Source of the DNA: Desulfurococcaceae archaeon | GTDB lineage: Archaea; Thermoproteota; Thermoprotei_A; Sulfolobales; Desulfurococcaceae | Length of the DNA stretch: 64,000 bases | Direction of reading: 5' to 3' | NCBI GenBank assembly: GCA_038816475.1 | Contig: JAWBAI010000003.1 | Coordinates: forward strand, 1 to 64,000 | The notes under the pieces: generated by a model | Told to the model about the DNA's origin: nothing | Databases searched by the model: none | The model's input: only the letters and a program-made list of their open reading frames with translations | Part shown: positions 19,053 through 28,806 of the stretch, in pieces | Position numbering within the stretch: the first letter of the stretch is position 1 | Layout: the number at the start of each line of letters is the position of its first letter | Made by a program: the position numbers and the translations under genes

Positions 19053-19730
19053 TTGATTGATTTTAAAGAGCAGAGAAGACGCGTGATCGAATCTCTTATA
19101 ATTTCTGGTTATCTCAGGAACCCAAGGGTTATCAGAGCTCTTCTTAGTGTACCAAGAGAGCTCTTCGTGCCGGAACACTTGAGAGAGTACGCCTATGTAG
19201 ATAGCCCGCTACCTATTGGGAAGGGGCAGACAATAAGTGCTATACACATGGTTGCTATAATGACCGAGGAACTAGACCCTGAACCCGGAGATATTGTACT
19301 AGAGGTGGGAACCGGCTCAGGTTACCAAGCAGCCGTGCTCGCTGAGATTGTAGCCAAGCAGGATCCTCAGAGAAAAGGCCATGTTTACACCATAGAGAGA
19401 ATACCAGAGCTTGCCGAGTTCGCACGTAGAAATCTGGAGCAAGCTGGTTACAGCGAGTACGTTACTGTAATAGTAGGCGATGGAACACTAGGGTATCCTG
19501 AGAAAGCACCCTTTAACAAGATAATAGTTACAGCAGCTGCTCCAGATGCACCAAGACCTCTACTTGAGCAGCTCGCAGATAATGGTAGAATGGTTATACC
19601 CGTGGGCGATCTATACCTTCAAAGACTCTTAGTTATTGAGAAATCTAACAAGACCTTACGTAAGAAATGGGGTATAGAATGCGTGTTCGTACCGCTTATA
19701 GGTGCATATGGTTGGAGCATTAAGGAATGA
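19053..19730 (+). CDS. pcm: Protein-L-isoaspartate O-methyltransferase
   Basis: VPRELFVP, GQTISA, VLEVGTGSGYQAA, GDGTLG, VTAAAP and FVPLIG; start moved to TTG 19053. Confidence 0.95.
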   Translation: MIDFKEQRRRVIESLIISGYLRNPRVIRALLSVPRELFVPEHLREYAYVDSPLPIGKGQTISAIHMVAIMTEELDPEPGDIVLEVGTGSGYQAAVLAEIVAKQDPQRKGHVYTIERIPELAEFARRNLEQAGYSEYVTVIVGDGTLGYPEKAPFNKIIVTAAAPDAPRPLLEQLADNGRMVIPVGDLYLQRLLVIEKSNKTLRKKWGIECVFVPLIGAYGWSIKE

Positions 19731-19753
19731 GAATACTGTGAGCGGTAGGAGTT

Positions 19754-20812
19754 TTACTTCTTGGTAAACCACTTGGTAAGACCTTTTTGCTCTCCCTTCA
19801 AGTACTCTCTGTACGCTTTAGCAAGTCTTTCTACGGCACTCTGCACTCTTTCAAGACTAAAGTCGTGCTCCTTGACTAGTACATCAATAATTTGCTTTTC
19901 ATCGGGAGAACGCCATTCTAACTTATAATTACGTGATACTGGTGGGTTTAAGAAGTACTTTTTGATCGACAAGACGTCTACTTCTACGGGTGATTTGAGG
20001 AGGGCTTTTGGTACTTTCTCAATGCTTCCATAGGCTTTTACGAGCTGATAGGCTTTCTTTGGACCAATGTTCTCGAAGCCGTCGGGGTTATAGTCTGTTC
20101 CTATCAGTATTGCTATGTCTATAAGCATTTCTCTCGTTAATCCTAATGCTTGCAAAAGCTTTCCGAGTTCTATCATCTCTGGGTGTATTTCAATGTACTC
20201 ATCCTTTCTGGGCAGCTTCTTTTTTCCACTAATAGTTAAGTTTCTTATTAGACGTGGAGAGCCGAAGAGTAAGCTGTCGTAGTCTTGAGAGGTAGTAGCA
20301 TAAGCATCACCGACCTGAGCCATGTATGCAGCCTGAGCTTCACCTTCGGCAGGAGCTTGTACCCATGGTATACCCATAGCTTCTAGCAGGTTCTTAGCCT
20401 CCTTGACCATATCTTCTGTTAACTTCGCAGCCATAGCCGCATATCTTCTGGCAGCTTCTAGATCCCCTGTCGCTAGTGCTTCCTCGTATTTCTTAGTAGC
20501 TTCCTCCTTTACTGCTTTTCTTTTCTCGATCTCCCTGGCTTTAATCTCTGGTGGTACACCGTCGAATACGTACACGGGCTTTATGCCGTTTTCGACAATA
20601 TTTATTGTTCGGTAGAAAAGCCCGCTCAAGTGACTTGTGACTCTTCCTTGACTATCCATTAAAGGTGTTCCATCGGGTTGTCTAATGGCAGTTAGGAACT
20701 GGTAAAGAGCATTGTAAGCGTCTATGGCTATGACCTTGCCCATTAAAACCCTGAGATCGGTGATGACGACCTTTACGTTGTCGGGTATGAGGTCCTTTAA
20801 GTTAACTCCCAC
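19754..20812 (-). CDS. fen: Flap endonuclease 1
   Basis: IDAYNALYQFL, TSHLSG, EGEAQAA, SQDYD and GTDYN motifs; C-terminal PIP box QKGLTKWF. Confidence 0.97.
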   Translation of the reverse strand: MGVNLKDLIPDNVKVVITDLRVLMGKVIAIDAYNALYQFLTAIRQPDGTPLMDSQGRVTSHLSGLFYRTINIVENGIKPVYVFDGVPPEIKAREIEKRKAVKEEATKKYEEALATGDLEAARRYAAMAAKLTEDMVKEAKNLLEAMGIPWVQAPAEGEAQAAYMAQVGDAYATTSQDYDSLLFGSPRLIRNLTISGKKKLPRKDEYIEIHPEMIELGKLLQALGLTREMLIDIAILIGTDYNPDGFENIGPKKAYQLVKAYGSIEKVPKALLKSPVEVDVLSIKKYFLNPPVSRNYKLEWRSPDEKQIIDVLVKEHDFSLERVQSAVERLAKAYREYLKGEQKGLTKWFTKK

Positions 20813-20955
20813 GAGTTACACCGTGTCTTTAATTTGTTCTAGACAACCTTATATTCTAGGAACACGTGGTTTTTGAAGCAGTAGTGTAAAGGACTCCGCG
20901 GAGTTTAACTCTTCTGGAAATCTTCTTGTTTTCTAGAGTACTATGTATAGGGTGT

Positions 20956-21216
20956 TCACGATTTAAGATTGTTCTGGTATAGTATAGGTGCCGGTTTGAT
21001 CAAGAGCTCTTTTCCAACAGATTCCACGTATATCAAGCCACCAAGTTCAAGCTTCATCAGAGCACTATAGAACTCTGGCTTTGACGTCTCTATTCCGTAT
21101 TCTTTCTTTAACATCGACTCGAGCTTACTTTCGGGTAAACCTTCGGGTTTTGATGCTATTATCTCGAGCATGGCTCTTGAAAGTGGTATTTTGTTCCATG
21201 GGACCTCGTTCTTCAT
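20956..21216 (-). CDS. Small winged-helix protein
   Basis: FYSALMKLELGGLIYV wHTH-like pattern; lies between cdc48 and fen. Confidence 0.7.
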   Translation of the reverse strand: MKNEVPWNKIPLSRAMLEIIASKPEGLPESKLESMLKKEYGIETSKPEFYSALMKLELGGLIYVESVGKELLIKPAPILYQNNLKS

Positions 21217-21237
21217 GCTCTAGCACCGGGTTTGCAA

Positions 21238-23448
21238 CTATGTATACAAACTGGGCTTTACACCAATACTTTGAAGGCTTCTTCTATGCTTCTCACTCCA
21301 CTCCTTGTAGAATCTTATTAACTCTTCACTTAGGCTCGGTTTTACGGTTTCCAGTGCTTTAATAAAGTGTCTTTTTTCAATGTGTCTTACTGAAAAGCTT
21401 TCTCTTAGAGCACTTATTAAAGCTTCTCTTACAAGGGCTTCCAGGTCAGCACCCGTATAGTTATCTGTTCTCCGGGCAATTTCACTAAGGTCTACATCGG
21501 GTGCTAGGGGTATGTACCTGGTGTGAACTTTTAGTATCTCCAAGCGAGCTTTGTAGTCGGGGGGTGGCACGTAAACTAGCTTATCTAGTCTACCGGGTCT
21601 TAGAAGTGCTGGATCTACTAGGTCAGGTCTATTCGTTGCCGCGAGAACAACAACGTTTTTGAGATCCCTAATGCCATCGAGTTCTGTAATGATCTGTGCT
21701 ACGATCCTTTCCGATACGCCGGAGTCAGCACCAAATCCTCTGACCGGAGCTATAGCATCTATCTCGTCGAAGAACACTATTGTGGGTGCATGTAATCTGG
21801 CTTTCTTGAAGATCTCTCTAACAGCTCTTTCGGATTCTCCAACCCACTTACTTAGAATCTCGGGACCTCGTACAGCTATGAAGTTTGCATTACTTTCTGT
21901 TGCAACAGCTTTTGCTAGTAGAGTTTTTCCGCATCCTGGAGGACCATAGAGTAAGACGCCTCTAGGAGGATTAATGTTGTACTTTTCGTATATTTCTGGG
22001 TACTTTATTGGGTAAACTATGTTCTCGTTTAAAACTTGCTTTATGTCCTCGAGTCCTCCTACGTCACTCCATCTAACATCGGGAACCTCCATGTATATTT
22101 CCCTTAATCCGCTCGGCACAATGCTCTTGAAGGCCTCTAGGAAATCTTGCATACTAACAATAATTTGGGACAATACCCTTTCCTGGTCTTCGCCAGCTTC
22201 CGCAATAGCTCTTTTTACGCTTCTTAGAACAGCCTCCTTTACGAGTGCGGCAAGATCAGCACCAGTGAAACCGTGTGTTATTTCAGCTAGTTTCTCCAGG
22301 TCCACGTCAGGTGTAAGTGCACCCATTTCTCTTAAGCGCTTTGTGTGAACCATGAGTATTTCAAGCCTAGCTCTCTTGTCGGGCATTGGTATCTCGATTT
22401 CAATGTCGAATCGCCCGGGTCTTCTGAGAGCGGGGTCTATGGCGTTTGGTCTATTGGTCGCAGCGATCACAATAACATTACCTCTGCTTTCGAGCCCATC
22501 CATTAAAGCTAGTAGCTGAGCTACTACGCGTTTTTCAACTTCGCCTATTACCTCATCTCTCTTTGGAGCTATAGCGTCTATCTCATCTATGAAGATTATA
22601 GCTGGGTATCTTCTGGCTTTTCTCTTGGCTGTTCTGAATATTTCTCTTAGCTTCTGCTCCGACTCTCCGTAGAATTTACTCATTATCTCGGGTCCGTTGA
22701 TCACGATGAAGTAAGCGTTGAGCTCGTTAGCAAGAGCTTTTGCTAGTAGAGTTTTTCCGCATCCTGGAGGACCGTAAAGCAGTATTCCTTTGGGTACATC
22801 AACTCCCAGCTTGTTGAATACCTTGCTGTACTTTATGGGGAGCTCTACGAGGTCTCTGACCTTCTCGATCACAGGTCCTAGTCCTCCAATGTCTTCGAAA
22901 GTTACCTTGGGGATTTCACCGACGGGTTCATCGAATACCACTATTTCTGTTTCCTCCGTTATGATGGCTGGACCTTTAGGCTTGATCGAGACAACTCTGA
23001 ACGGTATTTTAACGCTCTCAATGATTACGTGTACTTCATCCCCTTCTAGAACCGGGTACATTATCAGATTGCTTTTTATCCTGGAAGTAACGCTAGTATC
23101 AGTGGGTGCGTAAAAGTTCAGCGGAGCCAACTTTACTACTTTCGCGTACCTACGCTCAGATTTCTCAACGTACACGACGTCTCCAACATCGACTTTAGCG
23201 TTTTTCATCGTGAGCTTACTCATTCTGATAACTCCACGCCCCGATACCTCGTCACCATTCATAGCTATAGCAGTAGTTTCTCGTTCACCCTCTATAACTA
23301 GCAAGTCTCCTTCAACTATGTTGAACTTTTTCATAACTTCACTATCTATCTTCACTATACCCATGTGAGCTAAGCTTTGTTCCAGTTCCTCTACTCTTAA
23401 AGCTATTCTAGATATTTGCATAGCACTACGATTCCTCGGAAAGTCCAA
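21238..23448 (-). CDS. cdc48: Cdc48/VAT family AAA+ ATPase
   Basis: N domain plus two AAA modules ([20 protein letters not shown]); C-terminal HbYX motif LYT. Confidence 0.95.
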   Translation of the reverse strand: MDFPRNRSAMQISRIALRVEELEQSLAHMGIVKIDSEVMKKFNIVEGDLLVIEGERETTAIAMNGDEVSGRGVIRMSKLTMKNAKVDVGDVVYVEKSERRYAKVVKLAPLNFYAPTDTSVTSRIKSNLIMYPVLEGDEVHVIIESVKIPFRVVSIKPKGPAIITEETEIVVFDEPVGEIPKVTFEDIGGLGPVIEKVRDLVELPIKYSKVFNKLGVDVPKGILLYGPPGCGKTLLAKALANELNAYFIVINGPEIMSKFYGESEQKLREIFRTAKRKARRYPAIIFIDEIDAIAPKRDEVIGEVEKRVVAQLLALMDGLESRGNVIVIAATNRPNAIDPALRRPGRFDIEIEIPMPDKRARLEILMVHTKRLREMGALTPDVDLEKLAEITHGFTGADLAALVKEAVLRSVKRAIAEAGEDQERVLSQIIVSMQDFLEAFKSIVPSGLREIYMEVPDVRWSDVGGLEDIKQVLNENIVYPIKYPEIYEKYNINPPRGVLLYGPPGCGKTLLAKAVATESNANFIAVRGPEILSKWVGESERAVREIFKKARLHAPTIVFFDEIDAIAPVRGFGADSGVSERIVAQIITELDGIRDLKNVVVLAATNRPDLVDPALLRPGRLDKLVYVPPPDYKARLEILKVHTRYIPLAPDVDLSEIARRTDNYTGADLEALVREALISALRESFSVRHIEKRHFIKALETVKPSLSEELIRFYKEWSEKHRRSLQSIGVKPSLYT
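21907..21945. repeat. 39-nt perfect direct repeat, copy 1 (D2 Walker A of cdc48)
   Basis: AGCTTTTGCTAGTAGAGTTTTTCCGCATCCTGGAGGACC, identical to 22735-22773. Confidence 0.9.
22735..22773. repeat. 39-nt perfect direct repeat, copy 2 (D1 Walker A of cdc48)
   Basis: Identical to 21907-21945. Confidence 0.9.
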
Positions 23449-23454
23449 GAGTTA

Positions 23455-23528
23455 TGGGCCCGCGGGGATTTGAACCCCGGACCTCCGCCTCGTCAGGGCG
23501 GCGTCCTACCAGGCTAGACGACGGGCCC
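23455..23528 (-). tRNA. tRNA-Val(GAC), no intron, CCA not encoded
   Basis: Cloverleaf GGGCCCG...CGGGCCCA; anticodon arm CCGCC-CUGACGA-GGCGG; T-loop UUCAAAU. Confidence 0.96.
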
Positions 23529-23622
23529 TAGTACCAACACTACATAGAGTTGATTCGGGTTTTTTAAACGTAACTACCGATTTTTCAACGTACATGTGTT
23601 CGTCAGCTTCCGCTTCAAGTTA

Positions 23623-24258
23623 CTATTTGACTAGACATCTAACCGAGTTTTTTGTATTTATGATTAGAACTCTGGTGTCCTCTATTAACCTGGAAGCTAC
23701 GTCAACTTTATGTCTTAAACCAGGTACGAGAGCGTCTGGGTAATCAAGAACCTTGAGCTTCTCGAATATGGTTTCCATCACTTCTAGGTATTTTTCGGCT
23801 TTTTCAATTTCCAACACGTCGAGAAGTCGAATCACTAACCTTCTAAGCTCACCAATAACGTCTCCTAGACCTTGAAGATATGGAACTACTGTTACTCCGA
23901 GCTCATTTAAACCGGGTATTCTGTTTTCGGTTACGATGGAGTAGAATACACGGGCTTCAACATACTCGCTGAGACAACCGTAAACAAGCCCCGAGTACTT
24001 TATCTCCGGGTGATTTTCAACGAGGTTTTTGAGCTTGTTTACAGTATTCACCAACGTGTTAATGTATTCTCTAGCAGTACTGTAGTCGTTACGATGCGTA
24101 AGTGAGATGACTTGACCACTTATTCTAACTATCTCCCTTGATAACTTGATAACCTCTTCTCGCACGTTATCCTTCTCCCTGAGAACAGCATCTATACTTT
24201 CAATCTCTTTAGCTAACTCATTGGATATCTCCGAACCACAGCCCATTATCCAACCCAA
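23623..24258 (-). CDS. Translin/TRAX-family (C3PO-like) RNase
   Basis: REEVIKLSREI, SEYVEA, YLQGLGDVIGELRR and LRHKVD motifs. Confidence 0.88.
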   Translation of the reverse strand: MGWIMGCGSEISNELAKEIESIDAVLREKDNVREEVIKLSREIVRISGQVISLTHRNDYSTAREYINTLVNTVNKLKNLVENHPEIKYSGLVYGCLSEYVEARVFYSIVTENRIPGLNELGVTVVPYLQGLGDVIGELRRLVIRLLDVLEIEKAEKYLEVMETIFEKLKVLDYPDALVPGLRHKVDVASRLIEDTRVLIINTKNSVRCLVK

Positions 24259-24333
24259 AACTCCACTACAATACTACCAAGGTACAGCAGAAAAGATTTT
24301 AAGCACTCTATACTCAATAAAAACACACGGATA

Positions 24334-24418
24334 CCCGCCGTAGCTCAGCGGCAGAGCGCCCGGCTGTAGTGAGGGGGCAGTCACCGGGTGGTCGGGGGTT
24401 CGAATCCCCCCGGCGGGA
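24334..24418 (+). tRNA. tRNA-Tyr(GTA) with a 13-nt intron at 37/38 (24370-24382)
   Basis: Acceptor stem CCCGCCG/CGGCGGG-A (C1-G72, A73 Tyr identity); CCCGG-CUGUAG[UGAGGGGGCAGUC]A-CCGGG; T-loop UUCGAAU. Confidence 0.95.
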
Positions 24419-24493
24419 TCAAGGTACTTCTGAAGTTCCAAGTATTAAGTGTTCTTGCACCAGCTTAGGGATGGCATTCACTGAGTGCACTCA

Positions 24494-24548
24494 AAATCAG
24501 CACGGCTCTTCTACATCACTATTCAGTGTCGCGGTTGCTCTTCATCTC
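24494..24548 (-). ncRNA. Box C/D methylation guide sRNA
   Basis: C ATGAAGA, 12-nt guide, D' CTGA, C' GTGATGT, 12-nt guide, D CTGA, with canonical archaeal spacing. Confidence 0.8.
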
Positions 24549-24799
24549 ATGTAATGTGTGTAAGATTAAGGGGGTAATTTCCTTAGCTGTCACTTGATCA
24601 AGCTACCTGCATGTTCTATGGTTGTTCATTATCTTTCTGCCGAGAACGGACCTGAACACTGAGAGGTTCGTTGAATCCCTGTTAAAGCTTCTAAGCTATT
24701 CTGATTCAAGTGATCATCGGTGTCCTTGGGTGCTCGAGAATCGCGATGAGGTGATCAGTAGGCAGTAGCACCGAGGCTTTTATGGCGTGAAGCCAGGCC

Positions 24800-25849
24800 T
24801 TAACGATCCGTGGGCATTACTATGGAGCAAAAACCCTTTTGGGATAGGATGCTTCCCAATACCTCGGCATTATCTGAGCGAGTAGCGTCTAGAACTATTA
24901 GCTCTGGACTTGATCTCTCAACGTACTCTACGATCTCGTTGAAGTCGGCATGGTCGCTTAATGAAACTACGTATGTATGATCATCGATTTTCCTGAAAGC
25001 ATCACCTATTAGTTTACCAGTTAAAATTATGTGAAGAGCTGAACCATCGAGTTTGCGTTTTCTTGCTAGGTTGAAGTGCTTGAATACCACGACACCGGTT
25101 CTAGTGAAAATGGCTTCATCCTCTTTGTAGTAGTTACCGATCCTGTAGTTGTACTTTCTTTCTAGAAGAGCTGTAAGCTCGTATACCTTATCCGGGAGCA
25201 GGAACGGTTCTGAGATTCCACCGTTCCTTAGGATCTGCATAGCCTCTTGCATTTTTCCATGATATGCATAAATGTAAATTCTCCTATACTTGCGTAAACC
25301 CTCTAAAACAAGGTCAACGAGAATCTGAGGTATAAACGACTTGTAGGGTCTCACATGAATAGGGTGTCCATAAGTCGATTCTATTACCAGTACCGAAGGA
25401 TTCTGTATAACATCTGTTTTACCAGTTAGTTTAAAGTCACCTGTATACCCCAGTATAATGTTTTCATCTTTTATTTTGACAACAACTTGTGCAGACCCTG
25501 GTATGTGATCAGCTGGTAGTAGAGTACACGTCTCATTACCTAATTTGAACTCTTCATAGTACTTTAATCCTACGGCCTTCGTTTTTAACAAGTGAAGTAA
25601 ACTCTTCTCAACGTAGCCAAGATACTCCACAAGGTCTAAAGTTTCGGGTGTTGCCAAGATGTACTTTGAGTTTCTAACACTGTTTCCGAGCTCATTCAGG
25701 TGATCCGCGTGAGCATGCGATATTACTCTCACTGGTCTACCAGAGTAACCGTCGATCTCAAAGCTGTTTCCGAACTCTATTGAGCCATTCCAACTTATGT
25801 TGACGTACTTTAGATACTTCTCGTACTTGTATATGCAAAGCCGTGTCAC
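24800..25849 (-). CDS. MBL-fold / beta-CASP-like nuclease
   Basis: SHAHADH, DHIPGS, YTGDFK, IESTYG and SDHADF motifs. Confidence 0.85.
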   Translation of the reverse strand: MTRLCIYKYEKYLKYVNISWNGSIEFGNSFEIDGYSGRPVRVISHAHADHLNELGNSVRNSKYILATPETLDLVEYLGYVEKSLLHLLKTKAVGLKYYEEFKLGNETCTLLPADHIPGSAQVVVKIKDENIILGYTGDFKLTGKTDVIQNPSVLVIESTYGHPIHVRPYKSFIPQILVDLVLEGLRKYRRIYIYAYHGKMQEAMQILRNGGISEPFLLPDKVYELTALLERKYNYRIGNYYKEDEAIFTRTGVVVFKHFNLARKRKLDGSALHIILTGKLIGDAFRKIDDHTYVVSLSDHADFNEIVEYVERSSPELIVLDATRSDNAEVLGSILSQKGFCSIVMPTDR

Positions 25850-25866
25850 AGTTCATCAGTCCTTAG

Positions 25867-26583
25867 CTAAGGTAGTTCCCCGTGAACAGGTCTCCACTTC
25901 CTGAGTTTCGAATCATATATGACTAGGTTGTCACTATAAAGGGCTTTCCAGAGCTTAAACCCTTTTTCTCCCATAATGCTTTGAATTTCTCTTTCGTCGC
26001 TTGTATGTATCTCGTCGAGTTTTTTCTTGAAGAACTCCCAGAACTCAGGGCTAATAGCAACTCGTTCACGACTAAGCTTTATAATGACAGCTCCTGAGCG
26101 CTCGAGAGAAGCGAATAGTCTATCTCTATCAACTCTAGGAGGAAGCGTGCTCTCAAATAACACCTGCTCTTCTCTTAGTATCTCAATGGCCGTCTTTCGC
26201 TGTTTCCGCTCTGGTCTAACCTCTACTTTTACGGACTCCATATCCCTGATCCTGGACTCTACTTCGGAGATCTTTTGTTCTAAGTTGTTAACCTTTTCGT
26301 AGACTTCGACAAGTTGTCTTCTAAGAAGCTCCAGCTGGGTTAATCTTTTGTTTAGCTCATCTTGCACCATTCTCTCAATTCTACTGCGCACTTTCTCTAG
26401 TAGTTCAGATGTTATGTCTCTCTCTGGGGGTACGTGAGTTAATAGTATATGCAGAATGTACTCGGAAACAGAGCTAAATCCTCTCTTACGTGACTCGTTT
26501 TCAAGTCTATGGTATAATTCTTCTGGGATACGAACTACGACCTCTCTGGTGTCTTCTCCGCGTTTATAGTTCACGATGCTCAT
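25867..26583 (-). CDS. CopG/ribbon-helix-helix protein with coiled coil
   Basis: VVVRIPEELYHRLENESRKRGFSSVSEYI (RHH), a long heptad region and a C-terminal domain. Confidence 0.8.
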   Translation of the reverse strand: MSIVNYKRGEDTREVVVRIPEELYHRLENESRKRGFSSVSEYILHILLTHVPPERDITSELLEKVRSRIERMVQDELNKRLTQLELLRRQLVEVYEKVNNLEQKISEVESRIRDMESVKVEVRPERKQRKTAIEILREEQVLFESTLPPRVDRDRLFASLERSGAVIIKLSRERVAISPEFWEFFKKKLDEIHTSDEREIQSIMGEKGFKLWKALYSDNLVIYDSKLRKWRPVHGELP

Positions 26584-26658
26584 CCAGAGTATAAGAGTTG
26601 TCGCCCATTGATAACCTCTGCTTAGACTTCTAATTAACGTTTACTGATTACTAGTTTA

Positions 26659-27519
26659 TTGGTGAGTAAATTGCTGTTCAGCGATGCTCACCTGCACGTA
26701 AACCCTGTAAAGGGCTTTGGAACAGAGAAGATTGCTAAGAAGTTCAAGAAGGAAGGAGGATGGTTCATGGCTATTGTAGCGCTTCCACCGTACTACTATA
26801 ACCTTGTAGAACCCAGCGCGGACTCTTACAGAAGAGTACTTGAGATAGTGACGAGGGATTCCCTCAGAGCAAAAGAGGCGGGATTAAGAGTATCGGTGTT
26901 TATGGGCTTGCACCCAGCTGAAGTTGACCACTACTATAGGCACGATATAAAAGGTGAAAGAGCATTCCAGCTGGCCGAAGAAGTCTTCAGAATACTGGAA
27001 GCCGCAATTAAAGAAGGTCTGATCCAGGGTATAGGCGAAGTTGGACGACCACACTATAGTACTTCTCCAGAAAAATTTGTACTCGCTGAAGCCATAATGA
27101 TGCGTGCACTAACCATAGCTAAAGACCATGACATCCCAGTTCAGCTACACTTGGAGCAAGGAGGCTTTGCAACAGCGTACACGGTGAAATTCCTGGTTGA
27201 AAAAATAGGGTTGAGATCTGAAAAGATAATGCTTCATCACGCAAACTTAGAAACATCGCTATGGGCTAGTAGATTTAACCTAGCGTCTATAGCTCCTGTT
27301 AAACAGTTCAACGAGAAGTACGCATCTCACAGAATTCCACGTTGTATGCTAGAATCGGATTTCTTAGATGATCCGCAGAGACCAGGTGTTTCAGCATATC
27401 CCTGGGAGATACCAAGAACAATCAAGGATCACGTGGCTAAAGGGATCATGACGGAGGAAGAAGCTTTCAAGATCATGGTGGACAACGTAACACGATACTT
27501 CGGAGTAGAGCCACCATGA
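26659..27519 (+). CDS. TatD-related amidohydrolase
   Basis: DAHLH, GLHPAE, GIGEVGRPHY, QLHLE and ESDFLDDP motifs. Confidence 0.88.
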   Translation: MVSKLLFSDAHLHVNPVKGFGTEKIAKKFKKEGGWFMAIVALPPYYYNLVEPSADSYRRVLEIVTRDSLRAKEAGLRVSVFMGLHPAEVDHYYRHDIKGERAFQLAEEVFRILEAAIKEGLIQGIGEVGRPHYSTSPEKFVLAEAIMMRALTIAKDHDIPVQLHLEQGGFATAYTVKFLVEKIGLRSEKIMLHHANLETSLWASRFNLASIAPVKQFNEKYASHRIPRCMLESDFLDDPQRPGVSAYPWEIPRTIKDHVAKGIMTEEEAFKIMVDNVTRYFGVEPP

Positions 27520-27830
27520 CTTGCTTCGTTGACCAGGAGGATTCATACTGTGAAGTATGTGGTGAGAAGCTCGGCAAGTACAGGTGTAGAATGTGTTCTC
27601 GCGTGGTTTGCGAAGATCACTACGAAGCAAGCAATGATATGTGTGTTGTATGTAGGGATCTTCTTTGTAAAATATGTAAAAGCTACTTATCAATAGGTGT
27701 ATGCAAGTACTGTGGAAGACTAGGTTGTGAAATGTGCCTAATACAGGCAACACCTGTAGAGTACATATGTGTGGAATGCCATAGGAAAATACACGGTTGT
27801 AGTGAGCGTGCTGAGTATGAAAACAGGTAA
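27516..27830 (+). CDS. Cys-rich tandem zinc-finger protein
   Basis: Eight CxxC/CxxH pairs arranged as two repeats; ATGA overlap with the TatD gene. Confidence 0.75.
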   Translation: MTCFVDQEDSYCEVCGEKLGKYRCRMCSRVVCEDHYEASNDMCVVCRDLLCKICKSYLSIGVCKYCGRLGCEMCLIQATPVEYICVECHRKIHGCSERAEYENR

Positions 27831-28806
27831 ACTTGAGTGGAAGTTCATGGAAACTCTACTTTCGCTTCTACCAGTAGAAGACATAGACCTGGTTACGGGG
27901 CCTTACATAGGTGAGGATGCAGCTGTTATTAGACTCAGAGATGGCTTTCTCGTAGTACACTCTGACCCTATAACGACAGGTGTGAAGAGAGCTGGATATT
28001 TAGCTGTACATGTAGCAGCTAACGACATAGCTGTAAGAGGTGTAAAGCCTAGATGGTTCTTACCCGTTGTTCTAATTCCTCCAACGTACAGTGCAAGTGA
28101 TATCAAAGAAATATTCAGCGACATGGCTTACGCACTCAAAGAAATTGATGGAATAGCTGTAGGAGGTCATACTGAGGTAACCCCAGGTCTCAGTAGACCA
28201 GTAATATCTATGACAGCAGCTGGTTATACAGCATCGAGAGTTATCTTAACCAAGAATGCTAGCGAAGGAGACTTAGTGTACGTTGTTGGACGTGTTGCAG
28301 GTGAAGGAGCAGGGATAATAGCGTGGGATTTTGAAAACGAGTTACTAAGTAAAGGTGTGAGCAGATCTCTCGTTGAAAGAGCAAAGAAGTATATATACGA
28401 CATTAGCGTTGTCCAGGTAGCTCTTGCTGTGAAGGACTTTGTAAACTCTATGCACGATGCAACAGAGGGTGGAGTTCTTCAAGCCCTGCGTGAAGTAGCT
28501 GTTGCAAGTGGAAAAGCCATCGAAATTAATGAAAATAGCGTACTGGAGATGCTAGAGCACGAGGTAACTGTGATCACGTCCGCTATGAACGTTGATCCTC
28601 TAAGATTTCTGAGCAGTGGTTGCATCGTAGCTACGGTCCCACCTCACAGTAAAAAAGACTTTGAATCAGCACTAGATGCTATCAAGAAACCCTATCGTAA
28701 TGTAGGTGTAGTGCGGGAAGGCAAAGGTGAGGTGGTTTTACACACGAAGCATGAAAAAATCATTGTAAATGAAGACATCATAGACGAAATTTATAAGCTA
28801 TGGTAG
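27817..28806 (+). CDS. AIR synthase-related (PurM/HypE/ThiL superfamily) protein
   Basis: GEDAAV, HSDPIT, AANDIA, GGHTEVT and MHDATEGG motifs; start set at ATG 27817. Confidence 0.88.
   Translation: MKTGKLEWKFMETLLSLLPVEDIDLVTGPYIGEDAAVIRLRDGFLVVHSDPITTGVKRAGYLAVHVAANDIAVRGVKPRWFLPVVLIPPTYSASDIKEIFSDMAYALKEIDGIAVGGHTEVTPGLSRPVISMTAAGYTASRVILTKNASEGDLVYVVGRVAGEGAGIIAWDFENELLSKGVSRSLVERAKKYIYDISVVQVALAVKDFVNSMHDATEGGVLQALREVAVASGKAIEINENSVLEMLEHEVTVITSAMNVDPLRFLSSGCIVATVPPHSKKDFESALDAIKKPYRNVGVVREGKGEVVLHTKHEKIIVNEDIIDEIYKLW

Noticed and set aside
24369-24554. 61-aa ORF
   Set aside because: It overlaps tRNA-Tyr and the antisense C/D sRNA.
24743-24790. GCGATGA...GTGA as another C/D sRNA
   Set aside because: D' and C' boxes are not recognisable and the D box is non-canonical.
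24419-24800. Possible integrated element or att site after tRNA-Tyr
   Set aside because: No integrase and no duplicated tRNA 3' end seen in the window; the gap is partly explained by an sRNA.
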